Origin: a virus
Taxonomy: Duplodnaviria; Caudoviricetes
Direction: 5' to 3' (one strand)
IMG/VR virus record: IMGVR_UViG_3300037743_000134
Span: 1 to 64,000 of that record
Length of the DNA stretch: 64,000 nt
The translations under genes and the position numbers were made by a program. The notes beneath the pieces are model-generated. The model worked only from the letters and a program-made list of their open reading frames with translations. It made no database searches and was not told the DNA's origin. Numbering within the stretch: position 1 is the stretch's first letter; each line of letters opens with the position of its first letter. This document shows, piece after piece, positions 56,962 to 64,000 of this stretch.

Positions 56962-57041
56962 CTGAGCCCGCACTGGATCGTGGCGTAGTGCCGGTAATCC
57001 CCTTGCCTCGGCGCAACGCCACGACCTTGTGCGGGCTGCAG
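56962..57041 (+). other. Long interrupted stem-loop between the last tail gene and the holin-like gene
   Basis: AGCCCGCAC/GTGCGGGCT, TCGTGGCGT/ACGCCACGA and GTGCCG/CGGCGC are nested complementary segments. Confidence 0.75.
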
Positions 57042-57059
57042 AGCTTTGGAGATCAAATC

Positions 57060-57377
57060 ATGTTGTCGAAGATCTGGGAACGAATAACCAACGAGCCTGC
57101 TCTTATCCTCGGCGCTGTACAGGCTGCACTCACGCTCGCTGTCGTTTTCGGGATGAGACTTTCGGAATCGCAGATCGCAGCCGTGCTCACGTTCTCGGGT
57201 GCATTGCTTGCCTTGTTGACGCGGCAGTTAGTCGTGCCCGTTGGCAGGTCTGACGCGCTCGCCGCCGTTGCGCTCGAGACCGGTCGACGGATGGGACACT
57301 CGGAACGGCCGCCGATGCTGCCGTCTGCGCCCGTCGTCGACGACAAGCCGCCACCGCCGCCGCAGGCAGCAGAGTAG
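57060..57377 (+). CDS. Holin-like 2-TM protein
   Basis: GGAGA RBS; EPALILGAVQAALTLAVVFG...QIAAVLTFSGALLALL; first gene after the tail module. Confidence 0.65.
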   Translation: MLSKIWERITNEPALILGAVQAALTLAVVFGMRLSESQIAAVLTFSGALLALLTRQLVVPVGRSDALAAVALETGRRMGHSERPPMLPSAPVVDDKPPPPPQAAE

Positions 57378-57385
57378 GAGCAACC

Positions 57386-57790
57386 ATGTTGCGTAGAATC
57401 GCAGACGCTATCCGGCGTTTTCTCGCTCCCGGCTGGGGACCACCGGAACAACACGTATTCGTCGTGGTACTGACGCTCGTCGCGTTCGGTGGCACAGCCT
57501 GCTCCGGCAGCCTCGAGACCGCCCGCGCCCAGCCCAAGCTCGGCGCGTCGCCGGCAACGGCAGAGAGATGCGAGGAGCTCGATGACCGCAGGACGCTGTA
57601 CGGCGGAGCCGCAAAGGCATTCGGCGTGCTCGGCGGAGGGGCCGGCTTGGCCACTGTCGCCACGGATGACGAGAGCCTACAGACCGGCCTGGCCATCGGC
57701 GCGGCTGCCAGCGCGGCGCTTGCCGTTGGGGCGCTGTACGTCGCCGAGGGTAGCGGAGAATCTTGGGCGAGAGAGTGCGCGGCGCGGTGA
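57386..57790 (+). CDS. Membrane/lipoprotein-like protein (possible spanin component)
   Basis: AGGAG RBS; hydrophobic segment ending GTAC; two C-terminal hydrophobic helices. Confidence 0.5.
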   Translation: MLRRIADAIRRFLAPGWGPPEQHVFVVVLTLVAFGGTACSGSLETARAQPKLGASPATAERCEELDDRRTLYGGAAKAFGVLGGGAGLATVATDDESLQTGLAIGAAASAALAVGALYVAEGSGESWARECAAR

Positions 57791-58545
57791 GCCTCGTAAA
57801 CCGCCTCCTGCGGCGTCCGGGACTCGGGTGCCTCCCTGACCCAGCGGACCCTCGCGATCGCCCTCTAGACGCGCTCCTGGGCGCCCTGGCGAGCTCCGCG
57901 CCCCCGTCAAGCGCGAGCGTCCGGAGCCCGTTCGTGGGACCGAAGAATCAGGGCCCTACTTCGTCTTGTACGGGAATGGCCTGGGCGCAGGCAGTCCGCA
58001 CGACGTTGCTCCGTCGCGGCGTCGGGTGCCCGGAGCTGAGCGCGCTGTTCAGTTACTACGCCGGCCGCGCTGAGTGGGGCGGGCAGCGCAAGGACTCCGG
58101 CAGTCACCTACGTAGCGCCGCTAAGGCGATGATGCGTTTCGGCTGCGCATCCGAGGCTGCCTGGCCGTTCGACTCGCTGCGGGTCAACAAACAACCGACG
58201 TTTTCCGCGTTTCGCAGCGCCCACGATCTGCGCGGCTTGCGGGCGTATGCACGTATCGCGGATGGTGACGTCGATGGCGTGCGGCGTGCAATCGCGGCTG
58301 GGCATGCGGTTACTGCTGGCTGGAAGATAGACAGAGCATTCCAGCTTCACGACGGCAAAGGTGTGCTCGATGTTCCGCGCGGGCCGATCATCGGAGCTCA
58401 TGCCTGGGTTTTGGAAGACTACGCGTCGGATGGAACGTTTGGTCTGATCAATTCGTGGTCGGAGCGATGGGCGAACGCTGGACGGGCACGAATGACGGAA
58501 GCATTCGTGGCACAGGCGCGGGACATGTGGACATGCGCGGCTTAA
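57787..58545 (+). CDS. Papain-like (C1) cysteine protease
   Basis: G.LPD..DPRD N-terminus; NQG..SSCTG (Gln, Cys), GAHA (His), INSW (Asn). Confidence 0.88.
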   Translation: MSLVNRLLRRPGLGCLPDPADPRDRPLDALLGALASSAPPSSASVRSPFVGPKNQGPTSSCTGMAWAQAVRTTLLRRGVGCPELSALFSYYAGRAEWGGQRKDSGSHLRSAAKAMMRFGCASEAAWPFDSLRVNKQPTFSAFRSAHDLRGLRAYARIADGDVDGVRRAIAAGHAVTAGWKIDRAFQLHDGKGVLDVPRGPIIGAHAWVLEDYASDGTFGLINSWSERWANAGRARMTEAFVAQARDMWTCAA

Positions 58546-59096
58546 CGAACATGGCGCCAGTTTCTCCGAAGGAGAATGAGGCTGATCGCGGACCTGCTGA
58601 CTCCAAACCTCATAGCGAGATCGATTCCGCTCACTGTTGCGGCCAAATCTCGAATGAGGCTGACATCCTCCACGGTGAGTTTCGCATTAAAATTGCGCTC
58701 GCCACGCACGCCTCGCGAGCGCCCTTTGCGTGCAGCGTCACGGTTGTTGTCGACGGCTGTACCAAGGAAAAGGTGCTCGGGATTCACGCACGGCGGATTG
58801 TCACAACTGTGAAGCACCCACATGCCAGGTGGGACAGCGCCGAATGCCAGCTGCCAACTAAACCGGTGTGCGCGATGCTCCCTACCGGACTTGCCGTAAC
58901 CATCCTTGTCTCGACTCCCAGTCCAGAGCCAACAGTCACCGGTCTTGTCCACTTTTGCCCAGAAGCGAGGGCCATTGAGCTTGTGGATACACGGTCGCGA
59001 ACAAAAGCTCCCGCGGCCGTATCGCAGCTCACGGGGCGCCACCCAAAACTCTGCTTCGCATCCTTGGCAAATGCGCCGTATCTTCGTCGTGCTCAT
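58542..59096 (-). CDS. HNH homing endonuclease (HNH_3-type), antisense in the lysis region
   Basis: CWLWTG..DKDGYG...AHRFSW...G.VPPGMWVLHSCDNPPCVNPEHLFLGT; AGGAGG RBS; stop codon overlaps the protease stop. Confidence 0.9.
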   Translation of the reverse strand: MSTTKIRRICQGCEAEFWVAPRELRYGRGSFCSRPCIHKLNGPRFWAKVDKTGDCWLWTGSRDKDGYGKSGREHRAHRFSWQLAFGAVPPGMWVLHSCDNPPCVNPEHLFLGTAVDNNRDAARKGRSRGVRGERNFNAKLTVEDVSLIRDLAATVSGIDLAMRFGVSRSAISLILLRRNWRHVR

Positions 59097-59176
59097 GGGA
59101 CTCATCCTCCTGTGGGCCACGTGCCCGGTCGTGTAGCAGCGACGCGGGCACACTCACTTTATAGCACAGAGGGCAC

Positions 59177-59452
59177 ATGCTCGGAGTTCTGATTGCGTGT
59201 CTGTTGCTCTGCTCGTGCGACTTTCGTGAGCCCGTCGGACCGCAGCCCAACCCCTCGGCGTGTGCCGACGCATGCGCGACGCTTGCTCGCCTCGGATGCG
59301 AATCGGCTAAGCCAACGGACGCTGGCGCGGACTGTGTCTCTCGGTGCCGTAACATCGAGCTGAGCGGGACGATCACAAGCTGTCCCGCGCAAGTGGCGCG
59401 TGCGGAAACGTGTGAAGAGGCAGATTTCGCGAGCTCGTGCGAGGCGCCATGA
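59177..59452 (+). CDS. Cys-rich lipoprotein (possible o-spanin)
   Basis: MLGVLIACLLLCSC lipobox; multiple Cys in the mature part. Confidence 0.65.
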   Translation: MLGVLIACLLLCSCDFREPVGPQPNPSACADACATLARLGCESAKPTDAGADCVSRCRNIELSGTITSCPAQVARAETCEEADFASSCEAP

Positions 59453-59833
59453 TGTTCATCTTCTGGGTCTCGCTGAGCATCGTGATCGCCGTGTACGCGT
59501 ACGTCTTCTGGCCGATGCTCTTCGGGAAACGACGATGACCGAGGACCCCACGTGGGCGGAGTTCTTCCGCTCGCTGCTCGAAACCCTGTTAGCGCTCGCG
59601 ATCGTGGCGCTGTTTTTCGGACCGGTGATGCGATGACTGCTCAGCTTGCCCAGCGTGCCGTCCTGGCGTTGCTCCGCACGTTGCTCGAGGCAGTGCCGTC
59701 GAGTGAGCGCTCGGCGTTGCTCATGGATCTCTCGAGCGCATGCCTAGCTTTGCTGAAAGAGCATCAGTCTCCCAGTGGACTTTTTCGGATGGACCTTCCG
59801 CCACCGGATGACTCGGAGAAAAACGGCCAATGA
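59449..59833 (+). CDS. Three small coupled ORFs (59449-59538 TM, 59535-59636 TM, 59633-59833)
   Basis: ATGA overlaps; hydrophobic helices. Confidence 0.55.
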
Positions 59834-60633
59834 TCGGGCAATGGGTCCCCGCAGTCCGCACGCCTGCCGCACCGTTCGACGTGGCGCGCGCGTACGGCAG
59901 AGTACTGACCGACATCCTGGGCAAGGTACAGCCGATCACGATTGCGATCGTGCACGCCCATGGAGCTTTCGAGACCGGCAACTTCGCGTCATGTTGGTGC
60001 CACGGACCAGGCAACATCAAGGCCAGTGCCAAGTGGACCGGACTTTTTACAACGATCAAATTGAACGAGTTGCTCGAACGCGACGGCAAGAAAGTCTACA
60101 TCTGGTTCGACCCGGTTCTGGGCGAGCTCATCAGCAAGAACGGTCCAGCTCGCTATCCTGACAAGCCGCGCACGAACCCCGATGGTCACGAGCAATGCCG
60201 CATGCGCGCGTTTCTCACACTCGCAGATGGCATTCGTAACAAGATCGAGTTTCTTGCCAAGCCTCACTGGCGTCCCGTGCTCGAATTCGCGATCAAGGGT
60301 GACCCGGCCGGTTACGTGCACGGTCTCGCGGAGCGCACTTACTTTACTGCTCGAGAGGCACCCTATGCTCGCGGAGTCATCTCGTTGACAAAAAGCCTGT
60401 TGCCGATCGCGACGAAGGCCGCCATGGAACCCGAGCCTCTCCCGCCCGAAGAAGACGAGCAGCTTTGTCGAGACATGGCCGAGTGCCATCGCTTCGAGCT
60501 CCCGGAGTGGCTACGCAAGCGCGTCGCGCAGATCACTGCCCTGACCGCGTCCGAGATGTGGGACGCAGCCGCCGAAGACATTCGCAGGGGGCGCGATGCA
60601 GCTGTAAGGGGTGACGGAGACGACGACACGTGA
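59830..60633 (+). CDS. Putative endolysin, GH73/FlgJ-like lysozyme-fold glycosidase with acidic C-terminal extension
   Basis: AH.AFETG (catalytic Glu position), GNIK, MRAF.T..DG, YFTA...Y (YxTD-like). Confidence 0.65.
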   Translation: MIGQWVPAVRTPAAPFDVARAYGRVLTDILGKVQPITIAIVHAHGAFETGNFASCWCHGPGNIKASAKWTGLFTTIKLNELLERDGKKVYIWFDPVLGELISKNGPARYPDKPRTNPDGHEQCRMRAFLTLADGIRNKIEFLAKPHWRPVLEFAIKGDPAGYVHGLAERTYFTAREAPYARGVISLTKSLLPIATKAAMEPEPLPPEEDEQLCRDMAECHRFELPEWLRKRVAQITALTASEMWDAAAEDIRRGRDAAVRGDGDDDT

Positions 60634-62467
60634 CCGACGACGACAACAAGCGCGAGTCCGAGCCTGCGACGCTGCCGCCCGCGAGCTTGACCACGCCTAG
60701 TCCGGATATCGCGATCCGCGAGTCGGACCCAGACATGGTGCTGGCAAACGCGCCGCCGCACATCCAACTGACCGTGCGCGAATTGCGAGAGACTCGCGAG
60801 CTGATCAACAAGCGCGAGGCTGCGGCACTCGAGCGCGAGATAGCCGAGCAGAAGCGCGCCGATGTGCGCCACGACGATGCGCAGCAGTTGCAAAAAGAAC
60901 TGCTTCAATTACCGATGCTAAAGATTGCATTGGGAAAGGTCGAACGCCTGCTCGAGCAGCTGCGCCGGGAACTCGTCACGACCCGAAAGGATATTGGTCA
61001 TACGGTGGCGCGTATTGATCTGCTGGACGTGCGGATGGATGATCATCACCAGCGGATCGTGGCGATCGAGGCACACGTGGGGGTAGCGCCGGGCCTGGCT
61101 GACGATGATTCGTCGACCGAGTCACCTGTGCCGCCGGAATCAGACCCATGAGCTTCACCGGTCTCGACCGCATCATCGCCGGGCTCGAATGCGGCGACGC
61201 CACTGCCGTACAGGATGCGCTTGCCGTGTTGCATGTGCTGGCCAGAGTCGAGGTTGTCCCGGGTTTCGGCGTCGAGGAGTACTCGGAAGAACTCGAGCGG
61301 CTCACGCACAGCGTCCTCGCGTTTCAGTGCGCTTGTGCGCAGGCACAGTGTCGCCTCGCGCTGGACCGGGCTCGTCACTATCGCGCTGAGCTCGAGCAGC
61401 TGCGCGAATCCAATCGCGATCTGCCGACATTGCCATCGCCGAGGGACGAGGCGCCGAACGAGCCGACGATACCATCGCCTCCGCCGCCTGGGCCCGAGTC
61501 GGCCGATGGCGCCTGAGCCGCCGCGCAAACGTGTGCTCGGTATCGAGGTGCGCGAGGAGGTCGACGACGAGGCCTCGCGACGCAGGCAGCTCGACAGCGA
61601 AAGGGCCGCCGAGCGCCGGTCACGCGAGATGCAGCAACGCCTGCCGCGCGTGTTTCCGCCGCCGGTGCCCAAGCCGGAATATCAGCGATCCTACACGCCG
61701 CTAGATATGCCCGTCGTCGAGCGCGGGCCGCTGCCTGAGTACACGCCGCGCCGATCGTGGCTTCCGCAATCACGGGTGCCCTCGTGGGCTTTGGGACTCG
61801 CGAGCGTGATCTCCGCCATCAGCGGAGCCATCGTCGCCGTACTGATTGCGCTTTCGACGCGCGCGCCAGCGGCGAAGCCTGCCGAGGTCGTGCGTGTGAG
61901 CGGAGAGGCGCGCGACCGCGACCGAGAACAGAATATTTTCCTCGCCGCAAGCCGCGAAGATCAGTTGGTTAAGGATCAGATCATTCTCGCTTGGATCTGC
62001 GCGCAGAACTCGAACGTGCCGGTCGCGCGAAACGTCGAGTGTCCCGATATTCGATGCGAACCGACCCCCGTGCTCAAGGACGGGAAAATAATTCCAAAAG
62101 CCATGGCATGTCGCACCGAGGTCGCATGGCCATCCGTGCGGTTGGCACCGAAGCCATGAGCGCTCGCTGGAAGTGCAGCCGCTGCTCGCGAGTCAAGCTC
62201 TACCTCGTCGAGGAACCCATCGTCCTGTCCGACTCTCCGTTTGACGCCAACGCGGCGCCGACGCGGGTCGTGACGGTGTGCGTAGAGTGCCTGCAGGCGC
62301 GGTGGCGACGTCAGGGATTTTGCGAGCTGTGCGGGGCGCTCCCGCATCGCGTGCTAGGTGTCGACGGCGATGCCTGCCGTGTCTGCGGACTCGTGCACCA
62401 AGACGAAGAGCCGTCGCGACCGGGCGGCTGGAACGTAAGCCCGCTCTCATTCTTTGAGCTCGAATAA
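60630..62467 (+). CDS. Four hypothetical late ORFs: 60630-61151 (coiled coil), 61148-61516, 61506-62159 (single TM, Cys-containing C-terminus), 62156-62467 (Zn-finger)
   Basis: Coupled overlaps and composition only. Confidence 0.55.
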
Positions 62468-62488
62468 GCCACCGAAAGGACCGAACCC

Positions 62489-62641
62489 ATGTCGCTTGTC
62501 ATTATGATTCTGATCCTCGTCGCCATCATCTTGCTCGCGGCCGTCGCACCACGGCCTATCGCTTGGGTCGCCCTCGGACTGGCAGTGATCGCGCTATTGC
62601 TGGTCGTGTTGGGAGGCTTCAGCGTCACGCTGGGCCGATGA
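62489..62641 (+). CDS. 50-aa two-TM membrane peptide
   Basis: GAAAGGA RBS; MSLVIMILILVAIILLAAVAPRPIAWVALGLAVIALLLVVLGG; too short for the ORF track. Confidence 0.6.
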   Translation: MSLVIMILILVAIILLAAVAPRPIAWVALGLAVIALLLVVLGGFSVTLGR

Positions 62642-62749
62642 TGCCCATCCCTGCGAGCCTCTCGCGGGACGACATACGCGCGTGCCTACGCGCCCGTGTT
62701 GACAGCGCCCGGCCCGCTACGTAATCTCTCGCTACCACCCTCGCTCGTC

Positions 62750-62784
62750 AGCCTCGCTGGTCTCACGACTGGCGAGGCTTTTTT
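62750..62784 (+). terminator. Rho-independent terminator ending the late operon
   Basis: AGCCTCGC-TGGTC-TCAC-GACTG-GCGAGGCT stem followed by a T6 tract. Confidence 0.8.
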
Positions 62785-62788
62785 GCGT

Positions 62789-63620
62789 CTACGGGCTCAG
62801 CCTGGGGCGCGTCCGCTGTTTGCCCCAACCGAGTCCGGCATTCCAACGGTTTCGGATCATCCAATCGGCCGCGTCGAGCTCCGTGAGAATGCCGACCGGG
62901 TCGCGCAGCAGCACGGTCAGCCGACCGTTGTCGTAGCTTTGCCACGGCGGCGCTGACAGGGATACTGGCAACCGACAATCACATAGGACCGGCTCGGCCA
63001 TACCGTCACGCAGGACGCGCACTGGGAACGGCTCCTCGTGACACCCAGTGAGTGGCGGCAGGAGGCAGACGCAGCCCCAGCCGTCGAGCGAATAGCCATG
63101 CTCGGCGGCCCACCGGTGCGCCACGGAGAGCAGCTCGTGCTCGAGGTCTGTCAGTCCTTCGAGGCTGACGGCCTGCATCATGTGCGAATCGAGAGCGCTC
63201 GTGACGTACGAGGCCAGGGACGGGTCAGTCGTCGACATTCTCGAGCTCCATGAGCCGCTCGTACACCCGATCCCGCTCCCGTATCCGCCGCTCGCGCTCG
63301 CTCGGCTGCATGTGCTCCTCGGGCTCGTAGATTTCTTCGTTGAGCACGTCGAGGCGTGCGCGGAGGGTTTCGATGGTTTCGGTCATCGTCTCATCCTTTC
63401 GGGGCCGCTCGCCCCGGGCCTGCTCGCGATAGCTCACGGGCAGGGCCGGCGGCAGTCAGCGCTCAACAGGATCGCCGGTCCGCATGTCGCGCACACGTGA
63501 CGGCCAGCCATCGGCTCGTTCAAGCTGCGCCGCACGCAGCGCCTCGCGCTTGCTCGCGTACTCACGTACGCCGTAACGGGTTTTGACGGAGTATCTCACG
63601 GGATTGCTGGGTTTGTTCAT
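62789..63620 (-). CDS. Three small leftward early ORFs (62789-63238, 63225-63386, 63456-63620)
   Basis: AAGGA-type RBS before the 63620 and 63386 starts; converge on the terminator. Confidence 0.55.
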
Positions 63621-63760
63621 TTGGTGTCGTCCTTCGCATGCCGCGGGCTGCGGCGTCGATGGTCCGGGTAGATGCACGCGGCGTACCAAACTATCGCACT
63701 CGCGTAACGCGGCTAAGTGCTTGATCCCAGGTGCGCGATTGCGTAGCACAGGTTACACTG

Positions 63761-63780
63761 ATGCGTAACAGGTTACGCAT
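63761..63780. promoter_or_regulatory. Palindromic operator-like site ATGCGTAAC-AG-GTTACGCAT
   Basis: Perfect 9-bp inverted repeat; degenerate second copy 20 bp away (ACAGGTTAC at 63748 and 63768). Confidence 0.6.
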
Positions 63781-64000
63781 TCCGGGTAGTAGCCTTCACA
63801 CGTGGCCGCCCTCCGCGCCTGGCCTCCGGGGGCAGTCTCCGGAGTCTCTCGGCGGCGAGCTTGGGGTGCCTGGCCACGACCCTCTGCAGCGTAGACGTAG
63901 GCACGTCCAGCGCTTTAGCGGCGGGCTCGAGCCGCCACGAGTGGGCCACGAGCGCCTCACGGACAGTAGCGAGCTCCTCGGTGGCATGGCGGGCCCAGAC
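63773..64000 (-). CDS. Partial Fis-type HTH protein (truncated by the window edge; not in the ORF track)
   Basis: The minus frame starting at 64000 reads ...VREALVAHSWRLEPAAKALDVPTSTLQRVV...NA-stop, matching the Fis/HTH_8 pattern. Confidence 0.65.
   Translation of the reverse strand, partial: VWARHATEELATVREALVAHSWRLEPAAKALDVPTSTLQRVVARHPKLAAERLRRLPPEARRGGRPRVKATTRNA

Larger units (their letters stand above)
1..64000. mobile_element. Temperate tailed phage (lambda-like head, Mu-like contractile tail), partial genome, no host flanks visible
   Basis: Integrase/xis, replication, terminase-portal-capsid, sheath-tube-baseplate and lysis modules in canonical order; phage-type genes run to both window edges. 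Confidence 0.97.

Noticed and set aside
63796-63987. 63-aa minus-strand ORF from the track
   Set aside because: A different minus frame (64000-63773) gives a clear Fis-type HTH and is the more plausible gene

Overview
The window is almost entirely one temperate tailed phage genome; I recognise no host housekeeping genes, and both ends fall inside phage early genes. It is GC-rich. From the start: small membrane and Zn-finger ORFs, overlapping xis and tyrosine integrase, then a long tightly coupled early operon (N6-adenine DNA methyltransferase, VRR-NUC nuclease, DUF559-type nuclease, replication initiator with iterons, AEP-primase/DnaB-helicase fusion, many small ORFs, a putative late regulator). 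A lambda-like head module follows (terminase, gpW, portal, S49 protease/scaffold, decoration protein, gpE-type capsid), then a Mu-like contractile tail (sheath, tube, frameshifted chaperone, tape measure, gpN/gpP/gp45/gp46/gp47/gp48-like), about 9 kb of large fibre/structural genes, a dispersed lysis region (holin-like protein, lipoproteins, papain-like protease, GH73-like glycosidase), a terminator and the end of a leftward early operon. A myxobacterial (Polyangiaceae-like) host is only an inference from high GC, Cys-rich 'DAG'-linker lipoproteins and an Mx8-like xis/int overlap. The most unusual content: (1) a 7-gene glycan-modification cassette (5 glycosyltransferase and 3 methyltransferase domains) between tail tube and tail chaperone, associated with two paralogous HNH genes and apparently uncoupled from the late operon by a terminator plus a new promoter; (2) six HNH endonuclease cassettes, four with a GCTANAAT -10 box positioned for leaderless mRNA and two with remnant fragments of the neighbouring gene; (3) a SPOUT-like methyltransferase embedded among tail fibre genes; (4) repeats at the 3' ends of small early genes; (5) antisense morons inside the baseplate operon. 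All family assignments come from motif recognition by eye, with no database searches.
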